This document shows positions 33,090 to 42,327 of a stretch of DNA of 64,000 nt, piece after piece. A model generated the notes under the pieces. That model saw nothing but the letters and a program-made list of their open reading frames with translations, was not told the origin of the DNA and searched no databases. The translations under genes were made by a program, and so were the position numbers. This DNA comes from Hydrurus foetidus (taxonomy: Eukaryota). The DNA is taken from assembly GCA_900617105.1 (NCBI GenBank), contig UYFQ01000839.1, forward strand, positions 1 through 64,000, in the 5' to 3' direction. Every line of letters begins with the position of its first letter. Positions within the stretch are counted from its first letter, which is position 1.

Positions 33090-33298
33090 GAAGCTCCCCT
33101 CGGGCGCCGCGCCGCACGGCGCGAGCAGTCTTTTCAGCTCTGAACTGTCCGACGAAGCGCGAGCATGAACCCGCCATGGCCCGCCTCAGTCTTGAGCATG
33201 TCCGTCCTTGTGGCCGACGCGCGCGGGTTCGTCCATGCCCTTCGCGCCTGCGAAGGGGGCAGTCTCGCCAATGTCGCGAAACATCGCTATAAGAGCCC

Positions 33299-34753
33299 AT
33301 GTCAAACCAAGAAAAAGCAATCGCTGTCGTTGAACAGCTGAATCAGGAATACGAGCGCGCCGTGGGCGCCCTCCGGACCGCCCTCAAGGCCTATCTCGAA
33401 ACCGGCGCGCGGCCTGATCCGCAGCAGCGTTTCGACGGGACCTTCGCCTATCCCGAGCTCCGTCTGATCTATGATCCCGAGGCCCTGCCGCCCAAGCTGG
33501 CGCGGTCCTATGCCCGGGTCAGCCGTCCCGGCGTGTATGCGACCACGGTCACCAAGCCCAATCAGTTCAAGGACTATCTGGTCGAGCAACTGACCCTGCT
33601 GCTCAATGATTTCGACGTCGAGATCGAGGTCGATCGCTCGCGTCAGGAGATCCCCTATCCCTACGTGCTGGACGCCAGCATCGACCTCAACCAGGCCGAT
33701 GTGCGCTCAGAAGACATCGCGCGGTTCTTCCCGACCACGGATCTGGCCTTCATCGGCGACGAGATCGCCGACGGAGTCTGGGACGCGGCCCTGGAAGAGA
33801 CCCGGCCGCTGGCCCTGTTCGACGGCCTGCGCACTGACTTCTCGCTGGCCCGCCTGAAGCACTACACCGGCGCACCGGCCGAGCACGTGCAGCAGTTCAT
33901 CCTGTTCACCAACTATCACCGCTATGTCGACGAGTTCGTCCGCTGGGGCATCGAGCAGCTGGCCGAGCCGGGCACGCGCTATGAGGGCCTGTCGTGCTCG
34001 GGCGGGCTGATGATCACCGCCAACACCGCCAATCCCGACCTGGCGGTGGCCGAGTCGACCTGGCGCAAGCACCAGATGCCGGCCTACCACCTGATGGGCA
34101 AGGGCGGCACGGGCATCACCCTGGTCAATATCGGCGTCGGCCCGTCCAACGCCAAGACCATCTGCGACCACCTGGCGGTGCTGCGTCCTCAGGCCTGGCT
34201 GATGATCGGCCACTGCGGCGGCCTGCGCGACACCCAGACCATCGGCGACTATGTGCTGGCCCACGCCTATCTGCGCGACGATCACGTGCTGGACGCCGTG
34301 CTGCCGCCGGAAATCCCGGTGCCGTCGATCGCAGAGGTGCAGCGCGCCCTCTATGACGCCTCGAAAGCCATCAGCGGCGACAGCGGCGACCAGCTGAAGA
34401 AGCGCCTGCGCACCGGCACGGTGGTCACCACCGACGACCGCAACTGGGAGCTTCGCCACAGCCTGTCGGCCCTGCGCTTCAACCAGAGCCGCGCCGTGGC
34501 GATCGACATGGAATCGGCCACCATCGCCGCCCAGGGCTATCGCTTCCGCGTGCCCTACGGGACGCTGCTGTGCGTATCCGACAAGCCGCTGCACGGCGAG
34601 ATCAAGCTGCCGGGCCAGGCCAACGCCTTCTACGAGCGGGCGATCAGCCAGCACCTGCAGATCGGCATCCTGACCTGCAAGCTGCTGCTGGACGAGGGCG
34701 CGAACCTGCACTCGCGCAAGCTGCGGGCGTTTGACGAGCCGCCGTTTAGGTAA
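33299..34753 (+). CDS. amn: AMP nucleosidase
   Basis: LFTNYHRYVDEF, QMPAYHL, NIGVGPSNAKTICDHLAVLRP, AIDMESATIAAQGYRFRVPYGTLLCVSDKPLHGEIKLPG. Confidence 0.97.
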   Translation: MSNQEKAIAVVEQLNQEYERAVGALRTALKAYLETGARPDPQQRFDGTFAYPELRLIYDPEALPPKLARSYARVSRPGVYATTVTKPNQFKDYLVEQLTLLLNDFDVEIEVDRSRQEIPYPYVLDASIDLNQADVRSEDIARFFPTTDLAFIGDEIADGVWDAALEETRPLALFDGLRTDFSLARLKHYTGAPAEHVQQFILFTNYHRYVDEFVRWGIEQLAEPGTRYEGLSCSGGLMITANTANPDLAVAESTWRKHQMPAYHLMGKGGTGITLVNIGVGPSNAKTICDHLAVLRPQAWLMIGHCGGLRDTQTIGDYVLAHAYLRDDHVLDAVLPPEIPVPSIAEVQRALYDASKAISGDSGDQLKKRLRTGTVVTTDDRNWELRHSLSALRFNQSRAVAIDMESATIAAQGYRFRVPYGTLLCVSDKPLHGEIKLPGQANAFYERAISQHLQIGILTCKLLLDEGANLHSRKLRAFDEPPFR

Positions 34754-34767
34754 AAGGGCGGGTGGGG

Positions 34768-34847
34768 CGATCACTTGCCCCACCTGACCTGCCCGCAGGT
34801 CGTCCGCCCCGGAGGCAGATGAGAACGTCTCCGGGGGAGGACGGCTG
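34768..34847. terminator. Double hairpin between convergent amn and nudC
   Basis: GGTGGGGC-GATCACTT-GCCCCACC and GTCGTCC.CCCCGGAG...CTCCGGGG.GGACGGC. Confidence 0.55.
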
Positions 34848-34872
34848 CCTCAGCCAGGAGGGCGAGTGGCCC

Positions 34873-35814
34873 CTAAGCCTCCTCCACCCACGCCTTGATC
34901 AGCTGATGGGCGATGGCCAGGGCCGGCGGGGCAAATACGCCGTCCAGTTCGCCCTTGATCAGCGCTCCAGCTTCTTCCTTGGTGAACCAGCGCACTTCTT
35001 CCAGCTCGGTCTGGTCAGGCCTGGCGTCGGCGCTGTCGACCTGGGCGATCAGGCCCATCATCAGCGACGAGGGCCACGGCCAAGGCTGGCTGGAGTGGTA
35101 GCGCACGCTGGTGGCCGTCAGGCCGGCCTCTTCCATCAGTTCGCGGGCGCAGGCCTCCTCGATGGTCTCGCCGGGCTCCAGAAAGCCGGCCAGGGCCGAG
35201 AACATGCCGGGCGGCCACAGGGCCTGGCGACCCAGCAGGCACTTGTCTTCGTGCACCGCCAGCATGATCGCCACCGGGTCGGTGCGCGGGAAATGCTCGG
35301 CCTTGCAGGCGGGGCAGATGCGCTTCCAGCCGCCGTCACCGACCTCCGAGGGCTGGCCGCAGGCGCTGCACCAGCGATGGCGGCGGCGCCATTCGAACAT
35401 CGAGCGGGCGGTGGCCAGGATGCCGGCGTCGGCCGGGGGCATCGAGGCGGCGATCCCGCGCAGCTCCTCGAAGCGGCCCAGACCCTTGAGCGGCCCCTCG
35501 GCCGGATCGGCATGACCGTCCAGGTCGACGGCGAACACCGCGATGTCCTTCCACAGGCCCAGGAACAGCAGCTTCTCGCTGCCGCCGGCCAGTTCCTGAG
35601 CCATGTCGGCGCGCAGATAGGCGATCTGGGCTCCGGTCGGCTGGCCGTCCTCGTCAAGCACGTCCTCGACCAGGGGCTTGCCGTTCCACACCGCCACGGC
35701 CAGCGAGCCGGCGTCGGCCAGTTTCTCGGCCAGCCAGGACGGGTCGCTGCGTCGCTCGCTGGAGCGGTCCAAAGGGTTGCCGGCGAAGGTGTTGGTGATG
35801 ATCGAAAGGGCCAT
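34873..35814 (-). CDS. nudC: NADH pyrophosphatase / NAD-cap decapping Nudix hydrolase
   Basis: WCSACG and ICPAC zinc ribbon, HFPRTDP, AGFLEPGETIEEACARELMEEAG Nudix box, SQPWPWPSS. Confidence 0.96.
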   Translation of the reverse strand: MALSIITNTFAGNPLDRSSERRSDPSWLAEKLADAGSLAVAVWNGKPLVEDVLDEDGQPTGAQIAYLRADMAQELAGGSEKLLFLGLWKDIAVFAVDLDGHADPAEGPLKGLGRFEELRGIAASMPPADAGILATARSMFEWRRRHRWCSACGQPSEVGDGGWKRICPACKAEHFPRTDPVAIMLAVHEDKCLLGRQALWPPGMFSALAGFLEPGETIEEACARELMEEAGLTATSVRYHSSQPWPWPSSLMMGLIAQVDSADARPDQTELEEVRWFTKEEAGALIKGELDGVFAPPALAIAHQLIKAWVEEA

Positions 35815-35898
35815 GCGATTTCTGTAGCCCAGCCGAGAAGAGTCGTCACGACGTCGCACGGACTTGCATCGTCCGTCATGAGTCGCGATATAGGCCTC

Positions 35899-35995
35899 GG
35901 AGATCGGTGACGGGCGGAGCCCTCGCCAATCTGGTCAGGGCCGAGAGGCAGCAGCCACAACGAGCCAAGCTTCGGGTCGTCCGCCGGTCTCCACC
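35899..35995 (+). ncRNA. ffs: Signal recognition particle 4.5S RNA
   Basis: Terminal stem GGAGATCGG/CCGGTCTCC, domain IV TCAGGGCC-GAGA-GGCAGCAGC, a T run downstream and a TTGCAT..GCGATATA promoter upstream. Located just before dnaX. Confidence 0.93.
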
Positions 35996-36078
35996 TTTTC
36001 CCTTAAATCTGTCAGCAGATCGCCGCCGGGCTCTACCGAGCCTTTTGCTGGACGCTCTGGCGCACTACAGTTGTCGCC

Positions 36079-37905
36079 ATGGCCGACCACGACGACCTCA
36101 CAGCCGATTCCGCGCCGCCATGGGAAGAAGAGCCCGCCGAGCGGGACGCCAATACCGCCGACATCTTCGGCGCGCCGCCGGTTGAGCCCTCGGCCGCTGC
36201 GGTCGCCGCCGCGCCGCGGCCGGTCGCTGTCGAAGCGCCGAGTGATCCGGACGCCGCCTATACCGTGCTGGCCCGCAAATATCGGCCGCGCAACTTCGAG
36301 GACCTGATCGGCCAGGAGGCCATGGTCCGCACCCTGGCCAACGCCTTCTCCAGCGGCCGCATCGCCCACGCCTTCATGCTGACCGGCGTCCGGGGGGTGG
36401 GCAAGACCACGACCGCCCGCCTGCTGGCCCGCGCCCTGAACTACGAGAGCGACAGCGTCCATCAGCCTTCTGTCGATCTGACGGTCGACGGCTATCACTG
36501 CCGCTCGATCATCGAAGGCCGGCACATGGACGTGCTGGAACTGGACGCCGCCTCGCGCACCAAGGTCGACGAGATGCGCGAGCTGCTGGACGGGGTGCGC
36601 TACGCCCCGGTCGAGGCGCGCTATAAAGTCTACATCATCGACGAAGTGCACATGCTGTCGACGGCGGCGTTCAACGCCCTGCTCAAGACGCTGGAAGAGC
36701 CGCCGCCGCACGCCAAGTTCATCTTCGCCACCACCGAGATCCGCAAGGTGCCGGTGACCATCCTGTCGCGCACCCAGCGCTTCGACCTGCGCCGGGTCGA
36801 GCCGGACGTGCTGGTCAAGCACTTCGACAGGATCGCCGCCAAGGAGGGCGCGCGGGTCGACGCCGACGGCCTGGCCCTGATCGCCCGCGCCGCCGAGGGC
36901 TCGGTGCGCGATGGCCTGTCCCTTCTCGACCAGGCCATCGTCCAGGCCGACCGCGGGGCCACGGTCTCGGCCGCCGTGATCCGCGACATGCTGGGCCTGG
37001 CTGATCGCGGTCAGACCATCGCCCTGTTCGAGGCCGTGATGAGCGGCAAGCCCGCCGACGCCCTGGAAGGCTTCCGCGCCCTGTGGGGTTTCGGGGCCGA
37101 TCCGGCGGTGGTGATGCTGGACCTGCTGGACCACTGCCACGGTTCGGCCGTGGCCAAGGCGCTGGGGCCCGACGCCCTGACCCTGCCCAAGGAACAGGCC
37201 GCGCGCCTGGCCGCCATCGGGGCCCACACCTCGGCCGGCACGCTGTCGCGGCTGTGGCAGATGCTGCTGAAGGCCCATGACGAGGTGCGCCGCGCGCCCG
37301 ACGCCATGGCCGCCGCCGAGATGGCCCTGATCCGCCTGTGCTATGCGGCCGATCTGCCCGGTCCTGAAGAAGCCCTCAAGGCGATGCGCGACGGGACCTC
37401 CGTCGGCGGCGGCGCGCCCGGCGGCTCGTCGGGCGGCGGTGGCGGCGGCTCCGGCGGCGTCAGCGCCCAGATTGTTTCGATGGCCTCGCCGGCGGCCCAG
37501 GCCATGCCGGTCCTGGCCTCGTTCGACGATGTGCTGGCCCTGATCGCCGCCAAGCGCGACATCGGCCTGCGGCTGGATGTCGAGCAATTTGTCCGTCCGA
37601 TCAGCTTCCGGCCGGGCGCCATCACCTATGAGGCCGCCCCCGGCGCGCCCGGCAACTTGGCCGGACGTCTGGTGCGGGCCCTGAAGGAATGGACCGGCCA
37701 GCCCTGGCTGGTCGCCGCCGAGGGCGGCGGCGGGGCCGAGACTCTGATGGAGCGCCAGAAGCGCGAGGACCGCGAGGCGATGGCCCAGATCAAGGCCGAC
37801 CCCTTCGTGGCCTCCCTGCTCAGCGCCTTCCCGGGCGCCGAGCTTGAGGTCCGCAAGATCCCAGGCCCCGAACCGGCGCCGATCGAGCCGGACGAGGTCG
37901 AGGAC
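36079..37905 (+). CDS. dnaX: DNA polymerase III subunits gamma/tau (true stop uncertain because the frame stays open into ybaB)
   Basis: VLARKYRP, GVRGVGKTT, DAASRT, IIDEVHMLS..AFNALLKTLEEPP, SRTQRF, EGSVRDGLSLLDQ, Gly tract, C-terminal domain ending PIEPDEVED. Confidence 0.95.
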
Positions 37906-37915
37906 AGGTTGCAAA

Positions 37916-38021
37916 CTGTCATCCCGGACGAGCGCGCAGCGCGAAGATCCGGGACCGCGGCAGGTTCTGGGATTTTGCTGCGGTCCCGGCTCGGCGCGCT
38001 GCGCGCTGGCCGGGATGACAG
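37916..38021. repeat. Family-A palindromic repeat between dnaX and ybaB
   Basis: CTGTCATCCCGG...CCGGGACCGC/GCGGTCCCGG...CCGGGATGACAG. Confidence 0.85.
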
Positions 38022-38040
38022 CACAAGGTGGAGACGTGAG

Positions 38041-38370
38041 ATGAAAGACCTCGGCGGCCTGATGAAGCAGGCTCAGGAGATGCAGCAGAAACTGGCCGAC
38101 GCCCAGGCGCGGCTGGCCGAGACCCTGATCGAGGGCGCCTCGGGCGGCGGCATGGTCACGGTCACGCTGAAGGGCACGGGCGAACTGGCCAAGGTCAGGA
38201 TCGACGAAAGCCTGGTCGCGCCGGGCGAAGGCGAGGTCATCGAGGACCTGATCGTGGCCGCGCACGCCGACGCCAAGCGAAAGCTCGATATTACCCAGGC
38301 CCAGCTGATGCAGGACGCCGCCGGCCCGATGGCCGGGATGATGGGCGGCCTGCCGGGCATGAAGTTCTAG
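38041..38370 (+). CDS. ybaB: YbaB/EbfC nucleoid-associated protein
   Basis: [40 protein letters not shown] ribosome-binding site. Confidence 0.95.
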   Translation: MKDLGGLMKQAQEMQQKLADAQARLAETLIEGASGGGMVTVTLKGTGELAKVRIDESLVAPGEGEVIEDLIVAAHADAKRKLDITQAQLMQDAAGPMAGMMGGLPGMKF

Positions 38371-38410
38371 GACCACCCCTTCCGTTGGAAGGGGATTTTC
38401 AAGGAAAAGA

Positions 38411-39019
38411 ATGGCCGCTTCCGCCGGACCCGAGATCGAGCGCCTGATCGCCCTGCTGTCCAAGCTGCCGGGGCTGGGGCCGCGTTCGGGCCGGCGGGCG
38501 GCGCTGGCGCTGCTCAAGAAGCGCGACACGCTGCTGGCTCCGCTGACGGCGGCGATGGTCGACGCCCAGGCCAAGGTGCGCACCTGTTCGGTCTGCGGCT
38601 CGCTGGACACCACGCAGCCCTGCGCCGTGTGCGCCGACGAGACGCGCGACGGCCGGCTGATCTGTGTGGTCGAGGAGGTCGGCTCGCTGTGGGCCATGGA
38701 GCGCGGCGGTCAGTTCAAGGGCCGCTATCACGTGCTCGGCGGGCTGTTGTCGGCGCTGGACGGGATCGGACCCGAGGCCCTGCGAATCGGCGAGCTTCTG
38801 GCGCGGGTGGCGGGCGGCGAGGTGGTCGAGGTGATCCTGGCCCTGCCGGCCACGGTGGATGGCCAGACCACGGCGCACTATCTGGCCGATCGCCTGGCCC
38901 ATTCGAATTCAGGCGTGTCGGTGACGATGCTGGCGCGTGGGGTGCCGGTCGGCGGCGACCTGGACTGGCTGGATGACGGCACGATCGCCCAGGCTCTGAG
39001 AGCCCGGCGACCCGCCTGA
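38411..39019 (+). CDS. recR: Recombination mediator RecR
   Basis: [19 protein letters not shown] zinc finger, [25 protein letters not shown]. Confidence 0.97.
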   Translation: MAASAGPEIERLIALLSKLPGLGPRSGRRAALALLKKRDTLLAPLTAAMVDAQAKVRTCSVCGSLDTTQPCAVCADETRDGRLICVVEEVGSLWAMERGGQFKGRYHVLGGLLSALDGIGPEALRIGELLARVAGGEVVEVILALPATVDGQTTAHYLADRLAHSNSGVSVTMLARGVPVGGDLDWLDDGTIAQALRARRPA

Positions 39020-39022
39020 AGC

Positions 39023-39128
39023 CTAGAGAATTTTCCGATCCAAATGGATCGGTGACATGCTCTAGTCTTTTGTTTTAACGCATTTTCTAACGACGAACCG
39101 GCGTCTGCTTCGTCGGAAAATGCTCTAG
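39023..39128. repeat. Full-length CIR/RIME-type intergenic repeat (106 bp)
   Basis: CTAGAGAATTTTCCGA...TCGGAAAATGCTCTAG terminal inverted repeats, two internal hairpins and an AT-rich centre. Confidence 0.85.
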
Positions 39129-39274
39129 AGGATCGTGCGGATCGCGAAGGCCAGACCGACCCAGAATGCCAGGGTGCAGCCGACCATCGCGATGCGGCCC
39201 CAGGCGAGGCGCGGCGCGGCGAGCTTGCGAGCGGCGCTGACGGACGGCGCCTGTTCAAAGCTGATATAGGCCAC
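39125..39274 (-). CDS. Small (49 aa) membrane protein
   Basis: GGAGG-N5-GTG start. MAYISFEQAPSVSAARKLAAPRLAWGRIAMVGCTLAFWVGLAFAIRTIL*, with host-like codons. Not in the ORF track. Confidence 0.68.
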   Translation of the reverse strand: MAYISFEQAPSVSAARKLAAPRLAWGRIAMVGCTLAFWVGLAFAIRTIL

Positions 39275-39493
39275 GCTTTCCTCCATCGCCTCTCTGTCGG
39301 AGGCTCAACGCGATCACGTCAGGGCCATGCAACGCCTGGACGCTTGACCAACCCTTACTGTGGTTCGCGGACGGGCGTAACGCGTCAAAGCGTCCCATGC
39401 CAGAGGCGTGGCTTGGAATCTTTTTCCCCTAGATGGGAAAATTCCCCGAGCCAACGGGAAGTCCAACCAGAATTGCCACGATTTTATACAATT

Positions 39494-40000
39494 TTACCCC
39501 AATTGTGGCGAAGGCTTCGCGGGCTCGCCCTCCGGGGCGTCGACGGTGGGCGCCCAGCGCTCGGCCTGGCTGGCGCCCGAACCACTGTCGGTGTGGCGGA
39601 CGACGTCGGCGATATCGAGAGACTCGGTCTCGGCCGCGGTATGGGCGCCGATCTCGAACTCGACATGTTGCGGATAGAAGGCCAGGCGGCCGCCGATCCC
39701 GCCGACAGCGGGATAGGGGTCCTCATAGGACCACACGGCGTTTTCGATCAGCTTGCCGTCGCGATAGATCGAGAAATAGGCCGCAGCGCCCTTGTAGGGA
39801 CAGTGCGTCACCTTGTCGGTGCGGCGCAGGAACACCATCCGCACGTCATCGCGCGGAAAATAGCGCACCGGCGGATAGCTGGCCTCGCGCAGCACGACCA
39901 CATCGCCGCTGTCGGCGATCTCGTGGCCCTCGAACAACACGCGCACGCGCGCCTGTTCGCGCTCGATCGTGATCGGATGGCTCTCGTCAGGCGTCTTCAT
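39494..40000 (-). CDS. DUF427 domain protein
   Basis: LREASYPPVRYFPRDDV, THCPYKGAAAYF, NAVWSYEDP, LAFY. Confidence 0.92.
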   Translation of the reverse strand: MKTPDESHPITIEREQARVRVLFEGHEIADSGDVVVLREASYPPVRYFPRDDVRMVFLRRTDKVTHCPYKGAAAYFSIYRDGKLIENAVWSYEDPYPAVGGIGGRLAFYPQHVEFEIGAHTAAETESLDIADVVRHTDSGSGASQAERWAPTVDAPEGEPAKPSPQLG

Positions 40001-40186
40001 CGGTTTTCTCCCGCACGTGGAATGGGCGTGCCTGTTAAACACTCGAGACGGGAACTTGGCTCCGAGCTGGCAAGCCATTGCTTGTTAAACGCATTGTCGC
40101 GTGATCTTCTCCCCGCGAACTGGGGGAGGCGAGGGTGAAACGACCGTAACGGCCGCCCCGACCCCTCATCACGTCAAGGTTAGTGT

Positions 40187-42083
40187 ATGAACATCGTTAT
40201 CGCCCTGGGCATCCTGGTCACCCTTGTGACCGGCATTCCCGTGCTCATCCAGCTTCTCGACAGCACCCAAAGGGCTGCTGATCCTGTTCTTCGCCGAGAT
40301 GTGGGAGCGTTTCTCCTACTACGGCATGCGGGCTATCCTGATCTTCTATCTCACCCAGCACTTCCTCTTTGAACCCAAGGCCGCCTCGGCCCACTACGGC
40401 TCCTACACTTCGCTGGTCTACCTGCTGCCGCTGATCGGCGGCTTCCTGGCCGACAAGTATCTGGGCACCCGCAAGGCGGTCGCGTTCGGCGCGATTCTGC
40501 TGGTGGCCGGCCATCTGACCATGGCCATCGAGGGCAAGCCCGCCGTCCAGACCCTGACCTATCAGGGCGCGACCTACGAGTTCCAGGCCGAGGGCCGGGG
40601 ACAGCAACTGGTCGCCAAGCTGGTCGTCGCCGGCAAACCCTATGACGTCGCCGCCACCAAGACCGGTGATTTCGAGGTCAAGGGCCTGCCCGCCGACGCG
40701 CCGCTGCCGGCCGTTCTGGCCAAGGCTGACTACAAGCTGGACGTGAAGGATCGCGACCCACTGTACCTGAACATCTTCTGGCTGGCCCTGTCGCTGATCA
40801 TCGTCGGCGTCGGCTTCCTCAAGCCCAACATCTCGACCATCGTCGGCCAGTTGTATCCGCAGGGCGATCCGCGCCGCGATCCGGGCTTCACCCTCTATTA
40901 TTACGGTATCAATCTGGGCTCGTTCTGGGCCTCGATCCTGTGCGGCCTGCTGGGCGTCACGGTCGGCTGGTGGGCGGGCTTTGGCCTGGCCGGGATCGGC
41001 ATGCTGGCCGGCTTCGTCGTCTTCGTGCTGGGCAAGCCGCTGCTGATGGGCAAGGGCGAGCCGCCGGAACCCAAGGCCCTGAAGGCCAAGGTGGTCGGCC
41101 CCATCGACCGCGAGATGGTGATCTACGCCCTGTCGCTGGTCGGCGTGGTCGGCGTCTTCTTCCTGGTGCAGCGCAACCCCGTGGTCGGCGCGGCCCTGAT
41201 CGCCGGCATCGCCGCCTCGCTGGGCTACATCCTGTGGTTCATGTTCGCCAAGTGCGGCAAGGAAGAGCGTGAACGCCTGGCCCTGGCCGTGTTCCTGATC
41301 TTCGGCGCGGTGGTGTTCTGGACCCTGTTTGAACAGGCCGGCTCGTCGCTCAGCCTGTTCGCGGCCACCAATGTCCAGCTCGATCTGGTCCAGGCCCCGG
41401 TCCAGTGGTTCGGCGGCGCGGTCACCCTGGCTACCTCAGAGCAACTGGTCGCGGCCGGCATCGACAAGGCCTCGACCTTCTGGATCAACACCAGCTTCAA
41501 CGCGCCCCAGACCCAGGCCCTGAACGCCGGCTGGATCCTGATCTTCGCCCCGGTGTTCGCCTTCCTGTGGACCTGGCTGGGCAAGCGCGGCCGTGACCTG
41601 AACCCCGTGGTCAAGTTCGGCCTGGCCCTGATCCAGGTCGGGGCGGGCTTCCTGGTGCTGCAGATCGGTTCCACCTTCGCGGACGGGGCCTTCCGCCTGC
41701 CGTTGGTCTTCCTGGTGGTGATGTACATGCTGCACACCACGGGCGAGCTGTGCATGTCGCCCGTCGGCCTGTCGCAGATGACCAAGCTGTCGCCGCCCAC
41801 CGTCGTGTCCTTCATGATGGCGGTCTGGTTCCTGGCCGTGGCCATCGCCCAGTACATCGGCGGCATGATCGCCGGACTGACCACCACCGAAACCGTCGGC
41901 GGCCAGGTGCTGGATCCCGCCGCCGCCCTGGCCACCTCGCTGGAGGTGTTCAACGTCATCGGCCTGATCGCCATCGGCATCGGGGTGCTGTTCCTGGCCC
42001 TCTCCCCGTGGCTGAAGAAGTGGTCGCACGGCTCGGACGACACCGACGCCGCGCCCGTGGATAGCGCCACGAAGATCCACTAG
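40187..42083 (+). CDS. POT/PTR family proton-dependent oligopeptide transporter (frameshift near 40260)
   Basis: HPKGL.ILFFAEMWERFSYYGMR (ExxERFxYY), GGFLADKYLG, GFLKPNIS, FTLYYYGINLGS, TGELCMSPVGLS. Confidence 0.95.
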
Positions 42084-42098
42084 ATCATCGCCCACAAA

Positions 42099-42131
42099 CG
42101 AAAGGCCCCGGAGTGATCCGGGGCCTTTTTT
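42099..42131 (+). terminator. Rho-independent terminator
   Basis: AAAGGCCCCGGA-GTGA-TCCGGGGCC followed by TTTTTT. Confidence 0.9.
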
Positions 42132-42169
42132 GTTGGGCTCTGCGTGAGCGGTCACGCCATGCCAAAAAG

Positions 42170-42312
42170 CTTGTCATCCCGGTCCCTCGGGTCGCGCGAA
42201 GTGCGCGCCCAAGGGTAAACTCCGCGAAGCGGAGAGCCGGGACCCAGGGGCTAATGCGCTGCGGCCGCCCCTGGGTCCCTGACAGCCTCTGCGAGGCTTC
42301 CGGGATGACAAG
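42170..42312. repeat. Family-A palindromic repeat with internal insert
   Basis: CTTGTCATCCCGG...GGGACCCAGGGG/CCCCTGGGTCCC...CCGGGATGACAAG. Confidence 0.82.
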
Positions 42313-42327
42313 GTTTGGATCTATTCC

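Noticed and set aside
36079..37905. Programmed -1 ribosomal frameshift in dnaX
   Set aside because: No A AAA AAG or long A-run slippery site was seen. The Gly tract offers the known alternative mechanism.
35935..38697. 920-aa minus-strand ORF and other long antisense ORFs (e.g. 24858-26804, 7005-8477, 31821-33143, 58839-60425)
   Set aside because: These are shadow frames of high-GC3 genes on the opposite strand, with no recognisable motifs.
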